DNA of 64,000 nucleotides from Candidatus Poribacteria bacterium (GTDB lineage: Bacteria > Poribacteria > WGA-4E > WGA-3G): the NCBI GenBank assembly GCA_965242965.1, contig OZ251518.1:4000001-4064000 (forward strand), read 5' to 3'. Under the pieces are notes generated by a model. That model did no database searches. It was not told where the DNA came from and saw only the letters and a list, made by a program, of their open reading frames with translations. The position numbers and the translations under genes were made by a program. Below are positions 48,336-58,834 of the stretch, in pieces (within the stretch, counting starts at the first letter, position 1; each line of letters begins with the position of its first letter).

Positions 48336-48367
48336 GAGAATGATGAAATTTGCGTAACCTGAAAATT

Positions 48368-49723
48368 ATGAGCAAAACATTACCGATTCTGTTATCCCTG
48401 TGCTTCTTGCTGGCGATAGGCTGTAGTCCCTATAACATGCAAGAACTCCGTGTTTCAATGGAGACTGGGGACTACGCGCAAGCCTACACAAAACTGAAGG
48501 AACAGGCGGCGAAGAAGGCAGATATCCCGCTGCTCTTTGAGTTTGGGTTGGTTGCGCATTACGCGAACCAGTTCACAGATAGCAACAATGCCCTTGAAGA
48601 CGCAGAAGGTATCGCGGATGACAGGTGGACGAGGAGTCTTTCAAAAGAGGCAATCTCGCTTGTTACCTCCGATAAGGTGCGTCCATATCCCGGCAAACGT
48701 TATGAGCGGCTTTTGGGCTACTACTATCAGATTCTCAACTACATTTACCTCAATCAATTTGACGGGGCACTCGTAGAATGCCGCCAAGCGGCAGGCATTA
48801 TCAACGCGTTCAAAAATGATGTCAAGGACTATGATTTCTTCGGTAGTGCGTTTTCTGCACATCTGTCTGCTATGGTTTTTGAAGCCACCGGTGAGTGGAA
48901 CGATGCTTTCATCTCTTACCGGCAGGCAGAGGAATACTATCAAAATGCCGCCGAGAAGACAGAGGTGTCACCGCCTGAAGATGTTGGCAAGGCTCTCGTC
49001 AGATTGTCACGCAAGTTGGGATTCACCGATTTTGTTGAACGTTACCAAAAACAGTATGGCGAACCGCTTGAGCATCCTGAGGAGCACGGCGAACTCATCC
49101 TCTTTTACGAGACCGGGTATGTGCCGTCCAAGACAGAAAGTAATCTGATATTTCCCATTCTGAAAACGGATAAGTTTGACGAAGACGATGAGGAGCTTGA
49201 CAAGTTTATCCCGACGCTTTTAGGGCGCGAGGGAAAAACCTATCCGGAGGTTGAATTGGAATATCTCCTGCGCGTCGCAATGCCGACAATTGACTCAAAA
49301 CGTCCGCAATTCGCTGGGATTCAGGTGCAGGTTGGCGACGCGAAAGCGAGGGGCATTTTGGTAGAAGATGTAGAGAAAATCGCGCTAGAAACCTTTGAAG
49401 CCGAGTATCCCGTAATTCTCTTCCGAACTTTGTTGCGCGCTTTGGGAAAATACCTCATCTACCGCGAGGCAAACAAGAAAGACGATATTCTTGGAACGCT
49501 TGTGAATCTTGCAGGCGTGTTCACCGAAGGAGCGGATACACGTGCATGGCAGACGCTGCCAAACCAGATACTCATGGTGCGGATGCCTATTCCCGCAGGG
49601 ACGCATACGGTGAACCTCTCGTTTTTAAATCGGAACGGCGGTGTCGCTTCCCGCCATTCCCTTCGGGATGTTGCAATTACGGCGAATCGGATAACCTTTC
49701 TCAATTTCCGAACGTATGAATAG
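48368..49723 (+). CDS. COG3014-like TPR lipoprotein
   Basis: Lipobox AIGC; Y.G..YE, ALVECR, ADTRAW.TLP; typically adjacent to LpoB-like genes. Confidence 0.75.
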   Translation: MSKTLPILLSLCFLLAIGCSPYNMQELRVSMETGDYAQAYTKLKEQAAKKADIPLLFEFGLVAHYANQFTDSNNALEDAEGIADDRWTRSLSKEAISLVTSDKVRPYPGKRYERLLGYYYQILNYIYLNQFDGALVECRQAAGIINAFKNDVKDYDFFGSAFSAHLSAMVFEATGEWNDAFISYRQAEEYYQNAAEKTEVSPPEDVGKALVRLSRKLGFTDFVERYQKQYGEPLEHPEEHGELILFYETGYVPSKTESNLIFPILKTDKFDEDDEELDKFIPTLLGREGKTYPEVELEYLLRVAMPTIDSKRPQFAGIQVQVGDAKARGILVEDVEKIALETFEAEYPVILFRTLLRALGKYLIYREANKKDDILGTLVNLAGVFTEGADTRAWQTLPNQILMVRMPIPAGTHTVNLSFLNRNGGVASRHSLRDVAITANRITFLNFRTYE

Positions 49724-49732
49724 CGCGAGGAC

Positions 49733-50899
49733 ATGACTATGGAACGCATCTATTTAGATTACAACGCCACCACGCCGCTCCGTCCCGAAGTGCGGGATAC
49801 CATGATGCCTTATCTCACTGAGGCATTCGGCAACGGCTCCAGCATTCACGCCTACGGCCGTGAGGCGCGTAACGCCATTGATACCGCTCGCGAACAGGTC
49901 GCCGCGCTCATCGGCGCGAAAAGTCCAAGCGAAATCGTGTTCACCGGCAGCGGCACGGAGGCGGATAACCACGCCATCAAGGGACTGACAGAACTCGAAA
50001 AGAGCCGCGGTAAGGGCAACCATATCATCACCTCGTCTGTAGAACATCACGCCGTGTTGCATACGTGCCACTACCTTGAGCAACGCGGGTTTGAAGTGAC
50101 GTATCTCCCTGTAGACAGGTATGGACGGATTTGCTCGCAGCAACTCCGCGATGCCATTCGCGAGACGACGGTGCTGATATCCATCATGCACGTCAACAAC
50201 GAAAATGGCACCATCCAACCGCTTGAGGAAATTTGCGAGATTGCGCAGGCGCACGGAATTCCGTTGCATACCGATGCCGTGCAATCGGTGGGAAAGTTAG
50301 ATATTGACGTTCAGGCGTTGGGGGTTAACCTGCTGACGTTGTCCGGACATAAGATTTACGGGCCGAAGGGCATCGGCGTGCTTTACATCCGCCGTGGTAC
50401 CCGATTAGCGAATCTCGTCCACGGCGGTTCGCACGAACGCAACCGTCGCGCCGGGTCGGAAAATGTCCCTGCCATCGTAGGGCTCGGCACTGCAGCCGAA
50501 TTGGCGAAACAGGAGCAGAACGCTTACGCCGCGCACCTCCATAACGTAACACAGCGATTGCGCGACGGGTTGGATAAGCACCTCAAGGGGCTTCACTACA
50601 ACGGGCATCCTGAGCATTGCGCACCCGGCACCCTCAACGTCTCCTTTGAAAACGTTGAAGGCGAGAGTCTCATTTTACGGTTAGATATGGAGGGCATCTG
50701 TGTCTCCACCGGCTCTGCCTGCACTTCGGGTTCAATGGAGCCGTCGCATGTGCTGGCGGCATTAGGGTTACCGCCCCGTTTAGCGCAGGGCACAGTCCGC
50801 TTCTCCCTCGGCAGCAGGACGACAGCGGCAGAAATTGACGCGGTCCTCGCAAAATTACCGAAAGTTATCCAGCAGATGCGGGCATTGTATCGTGGTTAA
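49733..50899 (+). CDS. iscS: Cysteine desulfurase (IscS/NifS)
   Basis: YLDYNATTP, HTDAVQ, SGHKIYGPKG, STGSACTS. Confidence 0.93.
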   Translation: MTMERIYLDYNATTPLRPEVRDTMMPYLTEAFGNGSSIHAYGREARNAIDTAREQVAALIGAKSPSEIVFTGSGTEADNHAIKGLTELEKSRGKGNHIITSSVEHHAVLHTCHYLEQRGFEVTYLPVDRYGRICSQQLRDAIRETTVLISIMHVNNENGTIQPLEEICEIAQAHGIPLHTDAVQSVGKLDIDVQALGVNLLTLSGHKIYGPKGIGVLYIRRGTRLANLVHGGSHERNRRAGSENVPAIVGLGTAAELAKQEQNAYAAHLHNVTQRLRDGLDKHLKGLHYNGHPEHCAPGTLNVSFENVEGESLILRLDMEGICVSTGSACTSGSMEPSHVLAALGLPPRLAQGTVRFSLGSRTTAAEIDAVLAKLPKVIQQMRALYRG

Positions 50900-50970
50900 A
50901 GGACCGTTAATCCGCGGCACGTAGCGCGGGGCTTATCCCGCGTTTTTTTATTGATTGGGAGGAAACCAAC

Positions 50971-51762
50971 ATGGCTTTCAAATTTGGATACAGCACTTTA
51001 CGTTGGCAAACGCCAGATTTCGAGGAACTCCTCACGCAGCTCAAGGCGGCTGGCTGGGATGGCTGGGAAATGCGGCAGTCGTTAGACTGGGTAGGCACGC
51101 CGAAACACATCCGCCAGGTGTGTGATAACGTCGGGCTTCCTATCGCCGCTGTCACTGCGCGCGGCTTGCCGATTGACAAGGAGCGGCAGCAGATGGAACT
51201 GAACAAACGGCGCATCGATTTCGCAGCGGAAGTAGAGGCAGACTGCTTCATGTTCATGGGCGCGGGGAAACCGAAGGACCGGGGGGTTGAGGATGCTGAT
51301 CTTGCCGCCCTCGCCGATGTCTCCGAGGACTGGGCAGAATACGCCGCGCAGTATGGGCTCGACATCTGCTATCATATCCACACCAATACCACCGTCGATT
51401 CGATTGACGATTGGGCGAAATACATGAGCCTGCTCCGCAAGTGCAAACTCTGTATTGACGTGTCGCATTCCGCGCTTTGGGGCTATGATCCGGTTGAATC
51501 CATCCGCCGTTATCGCGACGCGCTTGTCTATGTCCATCTGCAGGATTATTCCGGTGTCACCGGCGGCGACAGCACGCCTTACGATGTCGATTGGGTGGAT
51601 GTCGGCAGCGGCACCGTGATGGACTTCCCCAAGATTATGGCGACGCTGGACGAACTCGGCTACGATAGATGGATTACGGCGTGTCCTGGACAGGTAGAAG
51701 CCCGTTCGGACGTGGAGCGGATGTCTGTCAATCGGGAGTATTTGCGGCAATTGGGGTATTAA
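50971..51762 (+). CDS. Sugar phosphate isomerase/epimerase (TIM barrel)
   Basis: GWDGWE, CYHIH, CIDVSH, YVHLQD, G.G.MDF. Confidence 0.85.
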   Translation: MAFKFGYSTLRWQTPDFEELLTQLKAAGWDGWEMRQSLDWVGTPKHIRQVCDNVGLPIAAVTARGLPIDKERQQMELNKRRIDFAAEVEADCFMFMGAGKPKDRGVEDADLAALADVSEDWAEYAAQYGLDICYHIHTNTTVDSIDDWAKYMSLLRKCKLCIDVSHSALWGYDPVESIRRYRDALVYVHLQDYSGVTGGDSTPYDVDWVDVGSGTVMDFPKIMATLDELGYDRWITACPGQVEARSDVERMSVNREYLRQLGY

Positions 51763-51807
51763 GGGCGGATGTCTATAGCCGCCTGATTTGAAAGGAACAC
51801 AACACCT

Positions 51808-53628
51808 ATGCAGGATAGGGACATCAAGTCTATTCTTGCCACAGATTGTGGCAGCACGACAACCAAAGCGATTCTGATTGAGAAGCGCGGCGATGCGTAT
51901 CAACTTATCGTGCGCGGCGAAGCACCGACTACCGTGGAGGCACCCGTTGAAGACGTAACCGCCGGCGTTATCAACGCCATCACCGAAGTGGAGGAACTCG
52001 CCGGCCGGAAGTTGCTGGACGGCGGGCTCATCCTGAAACCGCAACGCGGTGAAGAAGGCGTAGATATCTACATTTCCACCAGCAGTGCCGGCGGCGGGTT
52101 GCAGATGATGGTAGCCGGTGTTGTCCGCAATCTCACGGCGGAGAGTGCAGAGCGCGCCGCCCTCGGTGCTGGCGCGATTGTCATGGATGTCATCGCCTCC
52201 AACGACAAACGTCTGCCGCACGAGAAAATCGAACGGATTCGGCACTTGCGTCCCGACATGCTGCTCCTCTCCGGCGGCATTGATGGCGGTACCACCTCAC
52301 ACGTCGTGGAATTGGCGGAGATTATCGCCGCCGCGCGGCCGCAACCACGGCTAGGCATCGCTTACGAACTGCCGCTGATTTACGCAGGGAACAAAGATGC
52401 CCGCGAGTTGATTCGGGAACGCTTGGAAGGCGTGATGTCCTTGGAAATAGTCGACAACCTCCGTCCGGTTTTAGAGCGCGAAGCGTTAATGCCGACGCGC
52501 CTCAAAATTCAGGAGCAGTTCCTTGAGCACGTTATGGCACACGCACCGGGCTATAAGAAACTCATCAGCTGGACAGACGCGCCGATTATGCCGACACCGG
52601 GTGCTGTCGGCGCGATTATCCAGACTGTGGCATCGCAACAGGATATTGAGGTAGTCGGCGTGGACATCGGCGGCGCGACGACTGATGTGTTCTCTGTCTT
52701 CAAAAACAAGGAGGCGGAACCGATTTTCAACCGCACCGTCAGCGCGAACCTCGGCATGAGTTACAGCGTCTCAAACGTCCTTGCCGAAGCCGGGCTTGAG
52801 AACGTCCTGCGATGGGTGCCGTTTGACATTGAAGTGGGTGATCTTCGGAATCGCGTCAAAAACAAGATGATCCGTCCGACAACGATACCACAGACGTTGC
52901 AGGAACTGATTCTGGAGCAGGCTATCGCGCGCGAGGCACTGCGGTTAGCCTTTGAACAACACAAACAGCTCGCCGTGGAATTGCGCGGCGTTCAGCAACA
53001 GCGCACCATCTCTGAAGCGTTTGACCAGACGGAAAGCGGACAAACGCTTGTGAATATGCTCAGTTTGGACATGCTTGTCGGGAGCGGCGGTGTGCTCTCG
53101 CACGCGCCGCGCCGGCAGCAGGCGATGCTGATGATGATAGACGCATTCCAGCCCGAAGGACTCACGCACCTCGCCGTGGATAGTATCTTCATGATGCCAC
53201 AACTCGGGGTGCTCGCGCAAGTGAACGCCGAAGCCGCGACACACGTTTTTGAACGCGATTGTTTAATTCACCTCGGCACCTGTATCGCCCCGGTTGGCAT
53301 CGGAAAGCCGGGGGAGGCATGCCTCTCTGTTGAAATTCACGCCGATGGAAAACCGCCACAAACGGAGGAAATTCCTTTTGGGGAACTGCGGCTATATCCG
53401 CTAGCATTAGGTGAAAAGGCGACAGTCAAACTCCAACCTGAACGCCGGTTTGACATGGGGAACGGGAGCGGGCACGCCGTTGAAGCGGAGGCGATGGGTG
53501 GCATCGTCGGTTTAGTAGTGGATACCCGCGGCAGACCGCTTGAAATTCCCACCGATGCTGGCCAGCGCGTGGCGCAACTGAAAAAGTGGCAAGGCGCGTT
53601 GGATGCGTATCCTGCCTTGGACGAATAG
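51808..53628 (+). CDS. GlmL/MutL-like actin-fold ATPase (glutamate mutase L family)
   Basis: TDCGSTTTK, SSAGGGL, GGIDGG, MPTPGAV, DIGGATTDVFS. Confidence 0.85.
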   Translation: MQDRDIKSILATDCGSTTTKAILIEKRGDAYQLIVRGEAPTTVEAPVEDVTAGVINAITEVEELAGRKLLDGGLILKPQRGEEGVDIYISTSSAGGGLQMMVAGVVRNLTAESAERAALGAGAIVMDVIASNDKRLPHEKIERIRHLRPDMLLLSGGIDGGTTSHVVELAEIIAAARPQPRLGIAYELPLIYAGNKDARELIRERLEGVMSLEIVDNLRPVLEREALMPTRLKIQEQFLEHVMAHAPGYKKLISWTDAPIMPTPGAVGAIIQTVASQQDIEVVGVDIGGATTDVFSVFKNKEAEPIFNRTVSANLGMSYSVSNVLAEAGLENVLRWVPFDIEVGDLRNRVKNKMIRPTTIPQTLQELILEQAIAREALRLAFEQHKQLAVELRGVQQQRTISEAFDQTESGQTLVNMLSLDMLVGSGGVLSHAPRRQQAMLMMIDAFQPEGLTHLAVDSIFMMPQLGVLAQVNAEAATHVFERDCLIHLGTCIAPVGIGKPGEACLSVEIHADGKPPQTEEIPFGELRLYPLALGEKATVKLQPERRFDMGNGSGHAVEAEAMGGIVGLVVDTRGRPLEIPTDAGQRVAQLKKWQGALDAYPALDE

Positions 53629-53864
53629 TGCGCTCAGCGGTAGGCGAGGGCACCCTGGCTTGATGCCGGCAAAACTGCCGTTTCCGAGGGAAACTAAACA
53701 TCTGTGCAGTTTAGGCTTGATTTTTCCCATGAAATGTCGTATAATAGACGTAAAAACAATAGAGGAACGGGCGTTCGCACCGGCGGACACCCGTTCGTTG
53801 AAAGCGCATCCGTAACCTAAAACCACAATCTACGTAACATCTCGCACTCCCAAGGATGCAGCGG

Positions 53865-54950
53865 CTAAAAAGGCGGAGGGACGTTCGGCGACTCGCCTGC
53901 CTTTATTTTGCTCCATTGCGTGGTGAGTTTTCCCGCAGATGAGAGAGACAGACTTCGAGCCGTCCAGTCCACCCCCCAATCCTCACTAGGATGGTTGGTG
54001 AGGTTGGTAATCTGTCGGCTAGCAAGTTCATAACGATAGATGTCATAAGGCGGATTATCCTTTTCCACCAAGCCGTTTTCGGATGCATCAAAAAGAATCA
54101 CCGCTCCCTCCTCTGCCCAGCATGCGGCCCCGAGTCGCCAGGTCTTCGGAGTGTCAAGGGCCTGTGGATTGGAACCGTCTCTGTCGCGAATTATGAAACG
54201 TTCTTCAGCCAATCGAAAGTCGTTTCCTTCTCGCACCGACTTCACCGCGCGATAGAGAAGACGTTCACTGTCGGGTGCCCAACGCGGACTGAAATTCATC
54301 AAGAGTGTCCCTAGGATAAGGGGTGCTTGCTTGACGAGGGGCCGATTCCGTTTTCCATCTGCATCCATCAGGTAGATGTGTCTGCCTTGTCCCGGAATCG
54401 CGAGTTCATAGGCAATCTCGCTGCCATCGGGAGACCAGGCTGGGGCGGTGGCGTATCCGCTGACTTCCGCCACGCTGTGCGTCAGTTGCTGGAGGGCCCC
54501 GCTGTCAAGATGCAGCACATAGATTTCCAACAGGCCGTTCCGCGTGCTTGAAAAGGCAATGCACTGTCCATCGGGGGCCCAAGATGGCTGTCCATCTAGC
54601 GCGGGATGTGCGATGAGTCCCCGCAACCGGTGTCCGTCCAGATTCATCAGGAAGATATCATCATGTTTCTCCTGTGCGGGAGGGACTGGCTCCAGATCCA
54701 GTGAAAAAAGGAGGGCCCTGCCATCAGGAGACCACCGCACTATCCTTTTCCGGTGTCCATCGTGTGTTATCCGGCGGACATTGCTGCCATCATCGTTCAT
54801 GACATAGATTTCGTTGTCAAGCGACGCTAACTGTCCATCCCGATTAGAGGTGAAGACGATGTCTGCAACCGCTGCGTGAGAAACAAATAAGCAGAGGAGG
54901 CAGAGCGCGGCTGTGTGTCGCCTGACGCTGCCGATACTGTGTCTGTTCAT
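53865..54950 (-). CDS. TolB-like (PD40) secreted protein
   Basis: WSPDG/WAPDG repeats; C-terminal SAGKLTTQWSKIK. Confidence 0.85.
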   Translation of the reverse strand: MNRHSIGSVRRHTAALCLLCLFVSHAAVADIVFTSNRDGQLASLDNEIYVMNDDGSNVRRITHDGHRKRIVRWSPDGRALLFSLDLEPVPPAQEKHDDIFLMNLDGHRLRGLIAHPALDGQPSWAPDGQCIAFSSTRNGLLEIYVLHLDSGALQQLTHSVAEVSGYATAPAWSPDGSEIAYELAIPGQGRHIYLMDADGKRNRPLVKQAPLILGTLLMNFSPRWAPDSERLLYRAVKSVREGNDFRLAEERFIIRDRDGSNPQALDTPKTWRLGAACWAEEGAVILFDASENGLVEKDNPPYDIYRYELASRQITNLTNHPSEDWGVDWTARSLSLSSAGKLTTQWSKIKAGESPNVPPPF

Positions 54951-54988
54951 GGTATTTCTCCTGCTTTTAAAAGAGGCGGTGCTGCTTG

Positions 54989-55198
54989 TCACACTTTAGA
55001 GACAGAAACGTGGTGCGAGGTCCTTGTACCGGGGTGATTCCATCTGAGCCCCCATATCTCAACTGAACCGTAGACGTTGTTCACCCAGTGAGATTGCCGC
55101 CTGGAGGGCGGATGATCTGTGGGTGCAATATCGGTGATGACGAGGCTAAATAGCGCAAGTATCCCGATGAGCGTCAGGAATTTCACTGCCGTTTTCAT
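54989..55198 (-). CDS. Small secreted hypothetical protein
   Basis: GGAGG SD, signal-peptide-like N-terminus. Confidence 0.6.
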   Translation of the reverse strand: MKTAVKFLTLIGILALFSLVITDIAPTDHPPSRRQSHWVNNVYGSVEIWGLRWNHPGTRTSHHVSVSKV

Positions 55199-55354
55199 TT
55201 TTATTTCCTCCGTTTGCCTCCCTCTAAAAGAGAGACACCTTTGACATGCGGAAAAATCTATTGCCGATTCCGCTCAGCATCATTCTATACCCTCATCGGG
55301 GGACATTTTTTCAAAGTGCCCCAACTTTTTGGATATATCCGCTTTTAAACACCC

Positions 55355-55382
55355 TAGACGTGTTTGTTACGCAAAAGGTACC
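55355..55382 (-). promoter_or_regulatory. Putative ECF promoter
   Basis: Minus strand GGTACC-TTTTGCGTAACAAACA-CGTCTA followed by GGGTGTTTAAAAGCG. Confidence 0.7.
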
Positions 55383-55424
55383 ACAAAATTTGAAAAAAAT
55401 GACTTTTTCTCAATTTAAGGCTTT

Positions 55425-56984
55425 TTAATCCGCAGGCATTTGATAAAGATAGAATTCTTCGTCACCAATGGTAGAACCGGTAAAATGTGCCACGTCGGAG
55501 AGACGGTACTGCTTCTGCAGCTGCGCGCTCACGGCGCGGTTGAGGATAATCAGCACCTCTTGCGAATTCTGCGTCCTTAACGCTTTTGCCGCTTCGAGGA
55601 CATCGGCAGTGGGAACTTCGGCAGTGCGCGTGTTGTCCCATCGGATAAATGAACCGAATCGACTGCCTCGCGGATAGTAGATAGTCTCTTTTTCCAGATA
55701 CCCGACGACGGTGCTAGTGGCGAAATCGGTGTCGCCTACCATCAACATTTCCTGCATTCCCCGCGCTTTAATAGCTGCTGCTGTTTGTCTGCCGCAAGAG
55801 AAAATATGTCGGTTATCCATGAAAACCGCCGTGACTCCGCCGATAAAATGGCAAGCAAGGATGAGAGTGAGGAGGATACTAAAGGCGCGTTCCCCAAGCG
55901 TTTTCTCCCTTTCGGTAGGCGCGGTTTCAAACCGCGCACTCGTCCTTATTTCCTGACACTCCCGATAAATCCACGCAACCATCAAAAACGTTAAGAACAG
56001 AAACCCGTGGTGGCGGATGCTGCCGTAATACTTGACATAGAAGAACGCGAGCAGTCCAAGCGTCGCCGTGAGATAGATGAGCAGCACGGTTGGACGTTTA
56101 TATAGCAACACTACGCCGCAGAGAATGAGGAGAAAACAGAGCGGAATCTGGAGGGTTTGGAAGAGTGGGTATGCCTCAAGTTGATGCGAATTCCAAAAAT
56201 GGAGCGTTGACTTCGGGATAGGCAGATATGCACGCGAGATGAGTTTGATGACTTTGAAAAGATGATTCGTTTCATAGTCAAATTTCCAGCCGACAGCGAA
56301 CCCGGTATCGGGCGGCGGCTTGAGTTGCCAAACCGAAGTCAAGATGCCGATGCCGATGAGCGCGAAACTGAGCCAAATTAACTTTCTGTCGGTGGGCGTG
56401 GTTTGAAACCGCGCTTTTTTCATGAGAAGATACTCACAAAACAGCGCGAAACTTATCGCGATGGTGACAATCAAGGCATGAACGCTGGTGTGCGCGAGCA
56501 GAAAGAGGATGCCGCCAATCCACAGCGGCCGTTTGTAACGTTCCCTGAAAAGCACGCAGAAGAGGGTGATGAGCAGCAAACCGAGGGCATAATTTCGCGC
56601 GACGATGGCGTATTCATAAAGCGCGAAGTAACCGAAACAGAACAGAAACTTCTGCAAACGATTGAAAGGCGCGTATCGTGTGAAAAGGTAGACGCTCACG
56701 CCTGCGATGAGCAGATGGAACACTTGCATGATGACAGGCGAGGCGGTAATGCGGCTGAGCGGCATGAGGCAGAGATGCCATAGCCCTGGGTGCCCTTCAT
56801 ATTTGAGGTGCGCAAAGAGCTCAAAGAGGGACGTGCTATCCCGCGCAAGCAGCCACGCTTGGATTTCGTCTCGCCATATTTCGTGGTTGAATGCGGTAAC
56901 ACTGCCCACGGCAAGGAAGGTAAGTGTCACACCGAGGGCATAACGCGCATCATTTCTCTGGGAGTGGTGATTTTTCGTTTCCAA
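55425..56984 (-). CDS. Polytopic membrane protein, GT-C glycosyltransferase-like
   Basis: HEIWRDEIQAW, YEGHPGLW, YEYAIVARNY; many TM segments. Confidence 0.7.
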   Translation of the reverse strand: METKNHHSQRNDARYALGVTLTFLAVGSVTAFNHEIWRDEIQAWLLARDSTSLFELFAHLKYEGHPGLWHLCLMPLSRITASPVIMQVFHLLIAGVSVYLFTRYAPFNRLQKFLFCFGYFALYEYAIVARNYALGLLLITLFCVLFRERYKRPLWIGGILFLLAHTSVHALIVTIAISFALFCEYLLMKKARFQTTPTDRKLIWLSFALIGIGILTSVWQLKPPPDTGFAVGWKFDYETNHLFKVIKLISRAYLPIPKSTLHFWNSHQLEAYPLFQTLQIPLCFLLILCGVVLLYKRPTVLLIYLTATLGLLAFFYVKYYGSIRHHGFLFLTFLMVAWIYRECQEIRTSARFETAPTEREKTLGERAFSILLTLILACHFIGGVTAVFMDNRHIFSCGRQTAAAIKARGMQEMLMVGDTDFATSTVVGYLEKETIYYPRGSRFGSFIRWDNTRTAEVPTADVLEAAKALRTQNSQEVLIILNRAVSAQLQKQYRLSDVAHFTGSTIGDEEFYLYQMPAD

Positions 56985-57047
56985 TTTTCTGTCCCCGATG
57001 GGTTTTCCAGTTGCTATTCTTGCCCGATTAAAGTATACTCTTAAAAT

Positions 57048-57321
57048 GAGGGTGTTTCATAAATCGTTCAACGTCGCGGGGACAGGCCCCGCGCTACGGT
57101 GAAAAAACGCCTCCCCTTTACGTAGGGCGAGGGCCTGTCCCTCGCCATGCGTTTTGGTGTCAGACCGCATCATCCCTGTAGGTCAAGATCGCCTGATCTT
57201 GACCCGTTTTACCGCCCGCCCACGGGCGAGCCCGAACTACAGCGATGGGCCCGATGCCTGCCGGGATTCGCCTGCCTTCCAAGGCAGGATAAATACCGAA
57301 ACGGAGTTATGAAACCCCCTC
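57048..57321. mobile_element. TIR-bounded REP cassette with 11-bp target duplication
   Basis: ACTCTTAAAAT at 57037-47 and 57322-32. Confidence 0.9.
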
Positions 57322-57498
57322 ACTCTTAAAATAACAGAAAAACGGCTGCTTTGCAAAGCCTTTTTTCCTCAGGCTGGACACAGCAACACTTCTCGGTAGG
57401 TGCTGTTTGAAACCGCACCTACGGAAAATATTGAAATTGACTGTAGGCATCGCGCCCGGGAGGACGCGCCTGCGGCACCATTAAAGGAGAGTTGAACC

Positions 57499-58764
57499 AT
57501 GAAACGCTTAAACTTCGGACAGACCGGAAATCTGTCCATCATTTGCCTGACGCTTGCCGTTGCAATTTGCATGCTGCAAGGATGCGGGGAGCTGCAGAAA
57601 CCGTTCCTCGGAGTTACCGGCACAACAGGAGACGACACGGTAGGGTTTTCCGGGCGCGTCGTCGGACCCGAGGGAGATGCGGTTGCCGGGCTCGCACTGA
57701 CGATTGAACCAGACCGGTGGAGTGCTTCTGATTTTGACGAGACAGAACAGTTACTGCCGCCGCCCACAACCGTAACCGATCCGACAGGGGCCTTCTCCCT
57801 GACTGGCATCACTTCTGGGCGCGTTGGGTTGGCATTATTGGCGGATAACTATGAAGAGGGTTTATATCCCGAACCGGAATACGAGATTCTCTCCATCAAA
57901 ATCGGGGAGATCCTCTACCATCAGAACGAGCCGCCGCCTTTCGGTGGTATCATATTTACCATTACCCCGGGGGTGCATGTCCAGGAAGCGGTGGTTACCG
58001 TGAAACGTCGGATGCGTATCGTGGGACAAATCGTTTTCAATGATGGCACCCCACTTGCGAATGTTCGCTTGTCTATCAACACGCAGCGTCGAGATCTGGA
58101 CGGAAGCGGCAGTTCCAGTTCAGGTGGCGGTGGGCAGACAGATGTCGAGGGGAAATTTATCGAATACGTTGATGAAGGCGGGTTGTTCTGGATTTCGATA
58201 GAATACGAAGGGCTTTCCGTCACGTCGGAGCAGTTCGTCCTGAACGATGGCGAACGCCGAGAAGACTTGGTTTTAACGCTTGATAGCGAACCTATTGAAC
58301 CGATGGACGCGGAGACAGGCGGGACCGCGCACATCAACGAAAGAGCCGTGTGGGTAGTGAATCCTGCAAACGGACACGCCTACAAATCGGTTTATGTTCA
58401 AAATCGCGACGAAGCGCAAGCGTTGGCTGCCGCCCAAAATGCCTACCTTGTCGCCATTAACGATAAAGCCGAACAGCAGTGGTTGGAGAGTATCTTCGGA
58501 CCGGGACCGTTTTGGCTCGGATTGAGCGATGCGGAAACGGAAGGTGAATGGCTGTGGGATAGCGGTGAGCCGCTTACCTATACCGATTGGAGCAGCATAG
58601 ACATCTTTCCTAGTGAGGAGGCGGATGCCGACAAAGACTATGCCGTATCCACTTTCCGGGGAAAATGGCAGGCAGTCGGACCCGAGAGTCCGTTCTGGAA
58701 CATTACCAGCAGGGCAATTCTTGAGGCGGAAGAGGTGCCTCCCGAAATGCCGATGGAAGAATAG
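57499..58764 (+). CDS. Carboxypeptidase-regulatory-like + C-type lectin lipoprotein, paralog 1
   Basis: LQGC lipobox; GRVV..TD..G.F; NPANGHAY, LVAIND.AEQ.W, WLGLSD..EG.W.W.SGE. Confidence 0.85.
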   Translation: MKRLNFGQTGNLSIICLTLAVAICMLQGCGELQKPFLGVTGTTGDDTVGFSGRVVGPEGDAVAGLALTIEPDRWSASDFDETEQLLPPPTTVTDPTGAFSLTGITSGRVGLALLADNYEEGLYPEPEYEILSIKIGEILYHQNEPPPFGGIIFTITPGVHVQEAVVTVKRRMRIVGQIVFNDGTPLANVRLSINTQRRDLDGSGSSSSGGGGQTDVEGKFIEYVDEGGLFWISIEYEGLSVTSEQFVLNDGERREDLVLTLDSEPIEPMDAETGGTAHINERAVWVVNPANGHAYKSVYVQNRDEAQALAAAQNAYLVAINDKAEQQWLESIFGPGPFWLGLSDAETEGEWLWDSGEPLTYTDWSSIDIFPSEEADADKDYAVSTFRGKWQAVGPESPFWNITSRAILEAEEVPPEMPMEE

Positions 58765-58834
58765 ACACGCTAACACGCACCAGGTAGGTGCGGTTTGAAA
58801 CCGCACCTACCGCGGATTAAAGGAGGATTAAACC

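Noticed and set aside
51082-52245. Long antisense ORFs (e.g. 387 aa here, 19478-20452, 610-1374)
   Set aside because: Shadow frames opposite well-supported genes in GC-rich DNA.
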